64,000 nucleotides of DNA from an uncultured Acidobacteriota bacterium. Lineage in GTDB: Bacteria; Acidobacteriota; UBA6911; RPQK01; JAPXNP01. The stretch's first letter is position 1. Every line of letters begins with the position of its first letter. Below the pieces are notes generated by a model that worked only from the letters and a program-made list of their open reading frames with translations, was not told the DNA's origin and searched no databases. Made by a program: the position numbers and the translations under genes. This document shows positions 42,050 to 53,015 of this stretch, piece after piece. The stretch spans positions 446,690-510,689 of the forward strand of contig CAVZRV010000029.1 of assembly GCA_963777605.1 (NCBI GenBank). The letters are read 5' to 3'.

Positions 42050-45000
42050 TCATGGAACCGCGACGATCGGAAGGACCGTCAGCAAGTAAAGATCGAGTGG
42101 AAACGCCAGCGTCGGGTCGTCGTGTTGGCGCAACATGACGGCGGCAAGAGGCGGATCGCTTTCGATCCGAATCGTTCCGTTCTCGACCGTCGTGCCGGGG
42201 AAGAGCTCAGACAGGTAGAGCGCGACCTGATGCCCGGCCTCGAATGACGGAAGGCTGTCGAAGGCGCGACTTCCGAGCTGTATGCCATCCTCGTCGAAAA
42301 GACTCACGATTCCTTCTGCCGGCTGAAGCCCCACGTTGACCAGGGCAAGCGCGGTGTCCTGGTTTGATGTCACCGATCCGAAGAGGGAGAAGCGGCGATG
42401 GCGGGCCACCGCCGGAACTCCCGCCTGAAAGAGCGGGACGTCCCCGGCAAAACAGTGATAGACGGCAATAGCCCCGACGTTTCTCGTTGCCTTAATCACC
42501 GCGTAGCCAGCCTCCACCTCTCCTGACCCATCGGTCTCGAGGCGAATCGACTGGCCGGACGCCAGTTCCAGGTCGATTTCAGACAGGCGATCATCGGCGA
42601 TAAGCGGGAGGCACATCGGCTCGCCCGTGGACCGGAAGAATCTGACCTTGACCAGGCCGGATCCGCGTCCCGGTTCGTGATCCAGAGGGACGATCGGATC
42701 CGAAGGCCTCCGGCTTGACCGTTCGCGATCTGCGGCACATAGAGCGTTCTCGAAAACGGTGGAGAAGGCGGGCCAAGTCCGGCCGCTCTTCCTTGGAATA
42801 CCGGCATCGACGTCAAGGTCGTATTCCCGAGGGGGAATGGCTGGGCGGCGCGGGTCTGTGAGAGGCTCGTCAGGGCGATCGGCTGATCGCTCTCCACGGT
42901 CACGATGCCGCCCTCGAATGTGTCGGTGTCGGGACCGAAAAGTTCCGGCATGAATCGGGCAATCTGTGAACCGCTCTCGAATGTCCGACCCGCTGCCTCG
43001 TCCAATGTAACTGAAGCGACCGGCTGGAACTCGAGGTCGTAGAGGCGAAGTGTTACCTGCGCGGACCGTCTCCCGGCATTGACCAACGCAAGTGCAGTCT
43101 CTTGCTGGTCCGATGATCCTCCGACGAAGACCGTGGCGTCCTGAACCGGACCAACCGCAGGAACTCCCGCCTCGAACAACCGGACTCCGTTTTCCCGGTA
43201 GCTGTAGATGGCCGTGATCGCGACATCGACTCCAGCCCGAATCCGCACGTATCCGGCCGCACGGCGGGGCATCCTTGGTCTTCAGTGAGACGCTCTCCCT
43301 CAGCAAGGACAAAGGTCGCACTGGCTTGCAGACCGGCTTCGCCGAGATCGAAAGCAATCGGTTGAGCCGACGGGTCGAGGAATTCATACTCAACTTCAGT
43401 TTTGGCTACCGCGTTCATAAAGACGAGTTCCGTCTGAAACTCACCGTTGCCGGAGCGGCCGGCACCGATTTGGGGACGTACACCGTCTTCTCGAGGGGAA
43501 ATCAAGAGCGAAGACACCGGCCCGTCCGACATAGGCCCGCCTCGGTTCTGAGACTGAAAAAGACGGAGTTCGAGAAATGGGAGGAGCCGGTACCGGGGAC
43601 CAACCGGAGCCGCCGTTGAAACTCGCCGAAGACTTGGAGTAGGCGATTTCCGGGTGGAGCGGATCGGGATAGGTATCCAGATCGTAGCCGGACTCGGCCC
43701 AGGACAGCCCCCCGTCCCGGCTGTCGTACACTTTGTAGTAGTCTGGAGGCGGCTCGAAAGGCACGTGGTAGAAGGCGCCCACACGCACGATCGATGGATC
43801 TTCGGCATTGATGACGAGGTCGCTGATGATGGGGCGTCGGTCACTGTCTCCCCAGTTGAGGTCCGACCAGGTCGCACCGCCATCCAAGCTCTTGATCAGA
43901 ACTTCGGACCCCCCGGCGTAAAGCACTTGCGGATCCGACGCGCTGACAGCCAGTGTATAGAGAGGGGACCCGGCGACGCATTCGGTCCAGGTGTCGCCTG
44001 CATCGGTGGTCTTGTAGAGCGTTCCACCGTGGGCGACGCCGTAAATCACGTCCTGGTCCTCAGGATCGACGGCGATCTTGCCCATTTCGGAGTCAAAGAC
44101 CTGCTCCCAATGAGATCCCTCATCGGAGGATCGATAGACGCCATCGTTCCCGATCGCGAAAAGCATCCATGGCTCGGCCCCCACCACTTTGATATCGTCC
44201 AAGTCGAGACTCGGGCCCTCGCTCGACCGTTCCCAAGTCGTGGCCCCATCCGTGCTTTTATAGACACCTTCATTATTTACGAGCGCGAAAACGAGGCGAC
44301 TGTCAGAGGGACTACTGACAAGCCCGGAGACGGAGGCAAAGCGCAAATCGTGCCGAAGCGGGTACCAGCCAGCGCCTCCGTTGGTACTCTTCATCATGCT
44401 CAGGGAGAGCAACGCGTCGGGCTCCATCTGGAAGAATATCGGCCACAGAAAACCGTCGGGGAGCAGGCTCCAGTGGGCTCCGCCATCTGTGCTTCGGCAG
44501 GTCGGTCCGGTGCCCCAGGCGTAGACGGCGGAATCGTGCGGAGACACGGTAAGTCGATAAAACCTCTCCGAAGTTGGCAGCCCGGAGTCAATGCCGTCGA
44601 GCCGGATCCAGGTCCTGGCACCGTTCGTACTCTTGAACAGCTTTTCGTCATATGTGGAGCAGTAGAGAATCTTCGGGGACCGCGGATCGAGGGTGAGCGC
44701 TTCGATCTGCCCCAGCGTCCCTCCGCCTTCAACGTCACTCGACGGATACCAGTGATCACCGCTGTCGCTGGACTTGAAGACCCCTTGGTAGGTCCCCACG
44801 TAGAGCGTTCCCGCGGTGCGAGTATCGAGAAGGAACCCATTGACCGTGCCGGCCGGGAGCCCCTTGTTCGCCATCACCCAGGTTTGACCTTCGTCGACGC
44901 TCCGTTCGATGTGCATCGCATTGGTATACGGTGGAAGATATGTGACCGCGTAGAGGGAGCCCGCTTGTACGGGATCGACCTTGATTTGCCAGACGTTCTC

Positions 45001-46284
45001 GTATTCGTCGGCTTCGTTCTCGGGCAGCAGGGAATGCCAGCTCGAGCCCCGGTCACGACTTCGGTAGATGCCCTTACCCTGCACTCCCAGATAGAGCGTG
45101 CTTTCGTCGTGAGGATCGATTTCGAGATCTGTGAAGTAGTCGTCGGGGAGGCTCTGGCCGAGATGTTCCCAGCTCTTACCTCCGTCACTGCTCCTGCTCG
45201 CCTCGGCCGACGAGATTACATACATCCGCTTAGGATCGTTCGGATCAATGACCAACTCGTCCTGGTCCATCCCTTCGACTGTCGGAAGCGTCGAAGACCA
45301 GGTTTCGCCTGCATCGGTGCTTCGGTAGAGACGACCGTCTCCCGCAGCGTATAAGAGGTCCATCTCCGGAGCCGGAGCAACAAGCGTCAGTCGCTTGCCG
45401 GGAGTCCGTCTGGGATAACTCCACGAGTTGCCTCCGTCCAATGATCGATACGCCCGATTCCCCCATATGGAAACGGCAAACAGGCGTTCCGGCTGGTTCG
45501 GATCGATGGAAATGAGGGGAGCGGTTCCTTCACCGGAGTTAAAGGGAACGGTCAGTTCTTTCCAACTCAGTCCACCATCTGTCGTCTTTAACAAGCCCTC
45601 CTGATATCGGGACAGATAGACCGTTTCTGAGTCGCGCGGGTCGACCAGCAGGTACCGCACCTTCTCGTGCGGCTTCGTTGCATACAGGGGGTACCAATAC
45701 GTCCCCCCATCGTCGCTCCGCCAGACATTCCCTTCCTGCGTTCCGGCATAGAGGATTTCCGGATCGGACGGGCTGACCGCCAGGCAGGAGGCTGCCTCTG
45801 TGAAGTAGGTCATTGCCTCGGTCCAGCTGTCCCCGCCGTCGGTAGTCTTCGTGATACGGCCATCAATGGAGACCAAGTACAAGGTACGCCCATCAACCGG
45901 GTCGATCACCAACTGGTGTTCTCTAGGTGTATAGGGCCAACTGAACAACGACTGCCATCGGTCCCCAGCATCGTCGGATCGATAGAGCGCACTTCCGGCG
46001 ACCGCGTACAGAGTGTCCGGGTGCATTGGGTCAATTTCGACGGATATCACCTCTCCGGGAGGCAGGCCGTTTGTCAGTGCCGTCAACGTGCGCCCCTCGT
46101 CAGCGGTCACAAAGAGGCCCTGCTTCGTCGCCAGGTAGAGGAGAGAAGTATCGGGGCGAAACCGGATCGCACGAACGTCCACGGCGGTCGCACCGGTCCA
46201 CTGATGGGAGCCCGCAGACAGGCAGGAGCCGACTTGGAGAAAAAGCAGCAGAACCATCCCCAGCCGTTTGCCAGTCAGCATCAT
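42050..46284 (-). CDS. large secreted BNR/Asp-box (VPS10/sortilin-like) propeller protein with two shared C-terminal domains; about 3 frameshifts
   Basis: Many S/TxDGGxxW boxes, then PQIGAG...FEAGVP...TALALVN and LYVPQIANG...FQAGVP...TALALVN...LRQHDD across ORFs 43441, 43053, 42496 and 42050. Confidence 0.82.
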
Positions 46285-46587
46285 ACTCACTCCGTCGACG
46301 TTTCGGTTCAGAAGTGCAACGAGTCCCCACATTGTCTGAACGCCTTCCGGTTCGGCTCTCATCTTACCTATAAGATTAGGAAAATCTCCATCCAATTCCT
46401 TGCCAAGCAAGTTGTATTCCGAATCAACTCCCTTGCCGCACCACAGGTTCAGGTGATTTGGCATCGCTGGCGTGCTCGGCAAGAAAACTTTCAAGAAGCC
46501 CAGGCAGACTCCGCCCAGACGAGTCGAGGTGATCGAACGAGTGAGTCGATCTGACCCAACGCGACTTCCGATGCAGACGCCCGGCAG

Positions 46588-49500
46588 CTACTGCACATTC
46601 GGGAGTGCGATGATAACCACGCCGGTAGCGCCGTAGAACCGATCCAATCCCAGAATTGGAGAGGCGGTGATATCTGAGCCTTCTAGATGCAGGACAAGTG
46701 CGGATACCGGCTTCCCGCTGCGGATTCGAAGGAGGTGTTTGCCGGGTGGAAGCGACGGGAAGAGCTCGGAGAGGAGAACAGCCCGGGAACCCGCGGCTTG
46801 AAGGGGGATCACGGTGACCTCTTCCACGTCGAATCCAGGCGACAGCAGCTCGACCGTGATGTCGGTCCGTGTTCGCTCAGGGTTGACAACGGCGAGTCCG
46901 GAATCCACACCGAGTGCATGGTCGACCTCTCCGACCCAGTAGCCCTCTCGCAGCGGGCGGACCGCCGGCACCGTGACTTCGGATCGCAAGACTCCCCCGA
47001 TTCGCACGGCGAGCCGCTCGTGGACTCGGACCGGGCTATCCTGGGAATCAACGGAGGCCCATCCGACGAACACGCCCGACGAGTCGTACGTCAAACGCTT
47101 GACCTCGCCGGGCGTGATGTCCACAGGTTCCGACGAGCCGGTGTTCCCAATTCCGAAGAAGCGCACATCGGTGACGGCCGGCGCATCGCCCGGATTGTGA
47201 ATCAGCAAGGTGGATCGGTAGTTGATCGGGCCGAAATCACCGACGGCGACCCGGGGGATCCAATGCCTGGAGTGATCTCCCGATACGGCACGGTAAAGGC
47301 CCGTCGAGGCATCTCCGACCACCCGGATGCCGAACAGAACCCCTTGATCGTCGCCCGCCACCGGTTCTCCGAGATGTTTCACCAGGCCGGCTCCCGGGGC
47401 CCTGTCCGGGAGCACCTGCCAGCCTTCTCCGAGAACGGTCTCGATGGATCCGTTCTGCCAGCGGTAAAGGTTTGCCCGGCTGAAGTGGGATTGCCGGCGT
47501 GAAATCGCTTTGAAATAAAGCTCGCCCTGATCGGTCCAGACGAAGCGACCTTCCGGGACCGAAGTGATGTCTTCCGGATCGGTGGGATTCTCCGCAATGG
47601 GGGAAATCAGCTCCATCGAGCCGCTCGAACTGAAACGGAGGAAGGCCGGGACTTGCTCGGCGGATCCACCGAACGTAACGCGGCTCTTCAACATGATTTC
47701 GTCTCGTCCGTTGAGGCGAATCGTCGAGGAGGGTTGCTCAGCGGAGAATCTTGCCACCCTGGTTTGAGATCCGGGAATCTCTCCGCCGCTGGCTGCCAGC
47801 ACCCGGAATCCACTTTCCGCGTTGACGCAGAGCGCGTTCTTGGTCTGGGAGGCATCGTTGGCCATGAAGACGACCCTCCCATCGGAAAGCATTCGGACCC
47901 AGTGAAAAATCCGAATCTCGAAGCCGGGCCGGACCAGGTCATGAAGGCGGGCAATCGTCGTGACGCTTCCCGACGGGGCGATGATGCCGATTTCGTCGGC
48001 GGATCGAAAGGCGATCCCACGGTTGCTCCTGAAGTCCAGTTCATTCGCGTAAAACGGCTGGTCCAGCCGGATCCAGGGTTGCAGAGCGTGGCCGTCATAG
48101 AGGTAGAAGAGGCTTCCCCCGTCGACGTAGGTTTCCAGGAGAAGCAATCCCTCGGGATTGACTAGCGCCCGCCCGACAAAGATCCCTCCTTCGGCAAGGG
48201 GTTGGTCGGACTGCGCGAGCTCCTCGAGGACCCGTTCGTGCACGCGGTAGACGCCCACCCAGTCGTCTCCTCCGGATCGCGCGCTGACGACCAGGTCTCC
48301 GCCGGCCAGAAAGCCAACGATCCCCAGGTCAGTCATGGGAGAGCCCGTTTCCGGAAGGCTGACATTGGGAACCAGCACGGGCAGCGTCTCGTTGTCCTCG
48401 ATCAACTCGATCCGGCCTCTGGAATTTTGTTGGACCGCAATTCTCCCCGCAGGGCCCGGGACGGTCTCCGCGGGAAACTCGTCCGGGACGAGGTAGTCAA
48501 ACGACCAGGCCTTGGCTGGTGAACGATCGGACTCGACCGGAAGGGTCGACAGGTTCAGGCCCGACATGCGCAGTCCGGTTGCCAGAAAAGGTTGCTGGCC
48601 TTCGATCGTCAGAACCCCAAGAAACGGGTCGGGAAGGCCGTCAAAGAGTTCGGTGACAAAGATGTTTTGCTGTGAAGCCGGGGAGATTTCCAGCGTGGTC
48701 GTGCGAGAGGTCCCGGTGGTGGGGTCATCCAAGTGCACCCGCAAGCTGGGGTCACCGCCCCCGGTCAATCGGGTCAGGGCGACACCTGTGTCCGCGCCGG
48801 AACCGACTTCCGCCAGGATGGAGGCGGAGAAGACGTAAGGCGGCTGCAAAGAAACCGTGGTTCGCGAGACCAGGTCGGAAGAGTCGAACAGAGAGATGAT
48901 CGCCTCGCCCGAGACCCGGGCGCCTCCACGGACTTCTACCCGAGCGTAACCGGTCGAGAGTTCGGGAAACAGGTCGGGTGAAAGGTCGATGTCGGCGACT
49001 TCGCCACTCCCCATTTCCTCGCGATCGGTCAACAACAGGTTGCCGTTCCGGTCGAAGAACTCCACCAGGACCGAACCCTCGTACCGGGAATGGTTGGCGA
49101 GGACGAGGGTTGATGAGTAGCGAAATCGACCGGCCTGTCCCACCGCGAATAAGGGGAGATAGTTCCACTGAGAAACGGGAGGCCGAGTCAGGTAGAGGGC
49201 CGAGCCGAAACGGTGGCAGCAGATGGACGCGGAAATGAGAAGGCTTCCATCGGAATTGAACCCGAGCGGGCCAAGACCCTCCAGCCATGAACCGGGCAGC
49301 CCCGGTGCCGAGCCGGGGCCGGGGAACGGTTCCACCTCTCCGTCTTGCCAGAGGTAGTAGCCGCTTTCGGCATTGAAGACGACCGAGAACGTGTCGGTCA
49401 GTTCCGTCGTGCTGAACTGGCGGCCGATCGGACCCGGTGTGAGTGGACTCTCCCATCCAAGCGCAAATGTCCCTCCCTCGGGCCTCGCGTCCCCGTCAGC

Positions 49501-50664
49501 CACGATTCGTGTGAGGACATTCTCCCGCCAGAGGTACAGAGCGGCGTAGTCCCTCAAATCGTGGGCCACAAAAAACGCCGCCGGGGCATCGTTCAGGGAG
49601 AGATTCGAGAAGCCGAAGGCCTGGGTTCCGTCGTAACCGGGGGGGAGTTGGTCGTTGCGGGCGACCACCTGGGTGGCGCTGTCGTCGAGGACGACGACGT
49701 ACTCCACCGAATCGCCCTCCACCACCATCGAGAGTTGCCCGTCGGCGTTGGGGTCCCATTCTCGAATACGGGACACAGCGGCATTCAGGCCAGTGAGCAC
49801 GTCGCCGACCTGAACGGAAGACACCAGGTTGGGGCCGGAGTATCGGTAGATCGCCTCGATCTGCCTGGTGGAATCGAAAGCTGCAAACCAGGCGGAGCTG
49901 CCTTCAAAGAAGGGGCTGGAAAACCGGTTGTTGAATGACGCTGAGTCATGGCCGGGAACAGGGTCTCCCGAATGAGCCAGCGTGGCGATCCCGCCGGACG
50001 ACGCCAGGAAGATCCCGGTGCTGCCGTCGTTGAGCCGGGCGCTGAAGACAACCTCGTTCTGTTCGCTGAGAAAGGGACGGGAGGAATCGTAGGGCCACAG
50101 GTTGGAGAGGCGGCCGAACTCGACAAATCCCCCGGCAGACCCGGGAGCCACGTAACCCAGCCAGCCGAGCCATTGAAAGGTGCCGTCCTGCCAGAGCAGG
50201 ACGCCCGAGTCGGCCAGGATGAGGGCGACGGTCCCCGACTCGTTGAGGTCCATTTCGAGGCCGCCCAGGCTTGTACTTGAACCCGATTGGGAGGCGTGGA
50301 ACTGAAAGCCGAGACCAAGGGGATCTCCCCTGACTGCAACGGCATGGATTCCTTCGGCGTTCTTCAGAAACACGCCGTAGGAGGGTTCGGCCTCCGACTC
50401 GGGATCCGCCGGGCCGAAGGTCGCAATGAAGAGGATGTCCCCCCGGCCGTTCGAGACGGCGTCACCAATCCTGTAAAGCACCATTCCCGGGATTCCTGGA
50501 ACCGGAAGGTCACCGGCCACCTGAAGGGACAGTTCGATTGGACCGGCGGCATGCCCTGGATCGGAGAGACCGCAGAGCAGGAAGAGGACCAGGACGAATC
50601 CGTGGCCTTGCCGGCGGATGAAGACGGGCAGGACGGAAAGGGGAGACCGGGTATCGAGCAACAT
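46588..50664 (-). CDS. large secreted protein: (NxxGxxAF-like propeller repeats + shared domain) x2
   Basis: RBS ggagg; repeats LNESGTVAL, LSEQNEVVF, LNDAPAAFF and LNGRDEIML; shared domains YLPLFAVG...TGVALT...ELF...LRMSG and WIPRVAVG...SGLAVVN...ELFP. Confidence 0.82.
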   Translation of the reverse strand: MLLDTRSPLSVLPVFIRRQGHGFVLVLFLLCGLSDPGHAAGPIELSLQVAGDLPVPGIPGMVLYRIGDAVSNGRGDILFIATFGPADPESEAEPSYGVFLKNAEGIHAVAVRGDPLGLGFQFHASQSGSSTSLGGLEMDLNESGTVALILADSGVLLWQDGTFQWLGWLGYVAPGSAGGFVEFGRLSNLWPYDSSRPFLSEQNEVVFSARLNDGSTGIFLASSGGIATLAHSGDPVPGHDSASFNNRFSSPFFEGSSAWFAAFDSTRQIEAIYRYSGPNLVSSVQVGDVLTGLNAAVSRIREWDPNADGQLSMVVEGDSVEYVVVLDDSATQVVARNDQLPPGYDGTQAFGFSNLSLNDAPAAFFVAHDLRDYAALYLWRENVLTRIVADGDARPEGGTFALGWESPLTPGPIGRQFSTTELTDTFSVVFNAESGYYLWQDGEVEPFPGPGSAPGLPGSWLEGLGPLGFNSDGSLLISASICCHRFGSALYLTRPPVSQWNYLPLFAVGQAGRFRYSSTLVLANHSRYEGSVLVEFFDRNGNLLLTDREEMGSGEVADIDLSPDLFPELSTGYARVEVRGGARVSGEAIISLFDSSDLVSRTTVSLQPPYVFSASILAEVGSGADTGVALTRLTGGGDPSLRVHLDDPTTGTSRTTTLEISPASQQNIFVTELFDGLPDPFLGVLTIEGQQPFLATGLRMSGLNLSTLPVESDRSPAKAWSFDYLVPDEFPAETVPGPAGRIAVQQNSRGRIELIEDNETLPVLVPNVSLPETGSPMTDLGIVGFLAGGDLVVSARSGGDDWVGVYRVHERVLEELAQSDQPLAEGGIFVGRALVNPEGLLLLETYVDGGSLFYLYDGHALQPWIRLDQPFYANELDFRSNRGIAFRSADEIGIIAPSGSVTTIARLHDLVRPGFEIRIFHWVRMLSDGRVVFMANDASQTKNALCVNAESGFRVLAASGGEIPGSQTRVARFSAEQPSSTIRLNGRDEIMLKSRVTFGGSAEQVPAFLRFSSSGSMELISPIAENPTDPEDITSVPEGRFVWTDQGELYFKAISRRQSHFSRANLYRWQNGSIETVLGEGWQVLPDRAPGAGLVKHLGEPVAGDDQGVLFGIRVVGDASTGLYRAVSGDHSRHWIPRVAVGDFGPINYRSTLLIHNPGDAPAVTDVRFFGIGNTGSSEPVDITPGEVKRLTYDSSGVFVGWASVDSQDSPVRVHERLAVRIGGVLRSEVTVPAVRPLREGYWVGEVDHALGVDSGLAVVNPERTRTDITVELLSPGFDVEEVTVIPLQAAGSRAVLLSELFPSLPPGKHLLRIRSGKPVSALVLHLEGSDITASPILGLDRFYGATGVVIIALPNVQ

Positions 50665-50812
50665 CGTGTCCTCCTGCCTGAGGATACTAACGCAACGGTT
50701 TAGGTTTGTGAAAAGGAATGTCCATTGAGGTTTTCTTGCCTGCTGGCCTCTCAAAGGTAGAGGGCAACAGAATGAAGCCACGGTCCCCGCTTGGAGTTTC
50801 CGATCGGGGACG

Positions 50813-51571
50813 TTGCCCTCTTTGGCTGACTTCATGATGGGAAGACTTCGATTGGTGATGGTTCCAGACAGGATCAAGGATGCCGTTCCCGAGGGTTTTC
50901 GGGAGAAGCGGGCTGCCCAGTTTGTGGGCGTCGGGATTCATCTCTTTCGACGGCTGGTCAAGGACGGTCGGGTTGTTCCTCGGCGTTTGGGAAGACGCGG
51001 ATCTACCTCCGAGCTGAACCGGACCGAAGTCCCAACAGCAACGCTGGCGGAATTGGCCGATGTCTATTTCGAACAGTACGTTCTCGTCGAGAATCGGCAT
51101 CCCGGAACCAAAAAGCACCGCCTGAAGTGGCTCAAGAAACACCTCGGTCACATCCTGGCTCAGGAGCTTTCACCCTTCGATGTTACGGTGTACATATCGA
51201 AGCGGAAGCGCAAGGGGCTGAGCGCCGCCTCGATCAACAAGGACCTGGCTGTGCTTAAGCACCTGTTGAGCTGGGCGACCGATCAGGCGCTGCTCCACCG
51301 GAATCCGGTTCCGAAGTTGAGAAAGCTCCATGAGGAACGCAAGCCCGCAATCGAAGATCGGCATTTGCCGATTCTCGAAAACGCCATCCAAGAGACGCTC
51401 GCCAAACTCCGACCGGAATGCGAGCCGGTGTTTCGGTTTCTATACGAGACCGGCTGCCGGAGAGAGGAAGCGCTGTCGTTGAAGCATGAGCAGGTGTTCC
51501 TCGAGGATCAGCTGGTCCTGCGTCTCATCGAAAGTGGTGCGAAAAAGAAAACCTTCAAAGGAGTCGCCTGA
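50813..51571 (+). pseudogene. truncated tyrosine recombinase/integrase with N-terminal excisionase-like HTH
   Basis: Core-binding region LSAASINKDLAVLKHLLSWA...NP and catalytic box I LYETGCRREE are present; there is no HxxR or catalytic Tyr; it lies next to the tRNA duplication. Confidence 0.8.
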
Positions 51572-51626
51572 ATGGCTCCGCAGGACACAAACAGGAAAGA
51601 TGGGTCGGCTCACCGTTTCGGTTCTC

Positions 51627-51694
51627 GCCGTAAGCCATTGAAAGGAATGGTACGCCCGCCGCGATTCGAACGCGGGACCTTTGGCTCCGGAGGC
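51627..51694 (-). repeat. att site: direct repeat of the tRNA-Arg(CCG) 3' half plus ~20 nt downstream
   Basis: 51638-51694 is identical to 57180-57236; the match extends to 51627/57169 with 2 mismatches. Confidence 0.93.
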
Positions 51695-51736
51695 TAGCCT
51701 AATTTTCCTTAGCCCTGTCTGCTCAAGCACTTACAA

Positions 51737-51796
51737 GGACGGTATTGGACGGTTTTTGATGGTATTCGTAAAGTTTTGCCCACCTATTTGCCCACC
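51737..51796. promoter_or_regulatory. putative integrase arm/accessory binding repeats
   Basis: ggacggtatt-ggacggtttt-tgatggtatt (10-bp period) and tttgcccacc x2 (51775, 51787) lie just inside the att site. Confidence 0.45.
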
Positions 51797-51924
51797 AGGT
51801 GTAGGGGAGAAGCCAGCATCCAGTGAAAGCGTGTGAAACCAACGAGACCGCTCGACGAATTTTCGGGTTGGGAGCACTTTCAGCGATCGTTGTCGTGCGC
51901 CACCCGAAATGGTAGCGTGCTGGC

Positions 51925-52443
51925 GTGAGTCTTTTGAGCCTCTTCGCAACGCTGATGGTGATCGGGCCTTCTGCCCTGATCCTTCAGTCTGCGGATGCTC
52001 CGATTCCTGAGGCGGTAATCGAACAACTGAATGCGGCTTACCCCGGATGGCAGTTCCATCAGCCTGATCCAATGTACGGCAAGCACACCGACGTGTGCGA
52101 TCCGAACACTATCCTTGGTGACTTCAACGGCGATGGGCGCCCCGACTATGCAATTCTTACGGTAGAGAAGCGTCCGGGCGAGGAGTCCGATCTCCTGCAC
52201 CTCTGGGCATTTCTTTCGGATGGAGACGCCTACTCAGGCATCCAAGTGGAAAGCATCCCAGACAACTCTGAGATCTTCCTCTGCCGGTGGGAGCGGGGCA
52301 GGCCGGTTCACGATTACAACAGGGAAGCAGGCGAGATGGTGGTAAGTCAGAACGACGGGTTCAACCTTGTTGCCGACGAGAATGGAGCGATTTGCTTCCA
52401 CCTTGTCGGCTCTGATTTTCAGCCCGTGGCCTGCAGCGACTGA
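51925..52443 (+). CDS. secreted hypothetical protein with single FG-GAP-like motif
   Basis: Signal peptide; motif GDFNGDGRPDYAIL. Confidence 0.6.
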   Translation: MSLLSLFATLMVIGPSALILQSADAPIPEAVIEQLNAAYPGWQFHQPDPMYGKHTDVCDPNTILGDFNGDGRPDYAILTVEKRPGEESDLLHLWAFLSDGDAYSGIQVESIPDNSEIFLCRWERGRPVHDYNREAGEMVVSQNDGFNLVADENGAICFHLVGSDFQPVACSD

Positions 52444-52449
52444 CGAGAT

Positions 52450-52974
52450 CTAATCGCCAACGGTTGGCCAATCAGCATCTGGTCTGCCCAACCACACCCA
52501 CGCGATGTAATCCACCACCGGCGGTTCCCCTCCGACTTCGCGCAACCGGGTGTTGACCTGTCCTCGATGATACTGGCTGTGCATGACGACCTGAAGGGCG
52601 GTTTCCCCAAGGGTGGACACTTCGGGTTTGCGACCAATGCGTTCAGTGATTTGGACCGCCCACGACAGTGGTAGCGGCAGTGGGTTCGACAACTCATCAC
52701 TCCCCAGCGGCTGAAGGAAGGCGGCAGCTTCCCGGTAATAGGGGCGACTCCAGCGAAAGACGGCTTCTGTGTTGTCAAACTCGGGATAGGGTGTCTCGCG
52801 GGACTCCCCTCGCCAGATTCTCAGGAATGCGTATTGAACAAGGTGGAGGTGGTAAAGACGCTCCCGCAGCGTCGGGTCCTTCTTCGCTTCCTCGCTTCCG
52901 AGGACACCAGTCCAAACTGCTGCGTCGGCCCACTCCATGTGCCGGTTGAGATCATTGAGTACTTCGAGATTCAC
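52450..52974 (-). CDS. DinB family protein
   Basis: Motifs HMEWAD, LYHL and HSQYHRGQVNTRLR...P.VDY. Confidence 0.9.
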   Translation of the reverse strand: MNLEVLNDLNRHMEWADAAVWTGVLGSEEAKKDPTLRERLYHLHLVQYAFLRIWRGESRETPYPEFDNTEAVFRWSRPYYREAAAFLQPLGSDELSNPLPLPLSWAVQITERIGRKPEVSTLGETALQVVMHSQYHRGQVNTRLREVGGEPPVVDYIAWVWLGRPDADWPTVGD

Positions 52975-53015
52975 TGCGGCCCCCTTTCATCTCCTGCCTC
53001 GAGTTGCCTGACCAC

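Noticed and set aside
43654-45354. Long antisense ORFs (e.g. 566 aa at 43654, 486 aa at 10732, 324 aa at 9578)
   Set aside because: These are shadow ORFs opposite well-supported genes in high-GC DNA and have no recognisable motifs.
5115-46284. Numerous frameshifts (acetoacetate-CoA ligase, DUF6259-like, methyltransferases, FG-GAP and BNR proteins) as programmed frameshifting, phase variation or mass pseudogenisation
   Set aside because: They are scattered single-base indels in otherwise conserved genes, some at homopolymers (e.g. the G-run near 23994), without in-frame stops. Long-read consensus error is the simpler explanation; read polishing is needed to decide.
51627-51694. Second tRNA-Arg gene
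   Set aside because: Only the portion from the anticodon loop to CCA is present; the D-arm and 5' acceptor strand are missing, so it is an att remnant.
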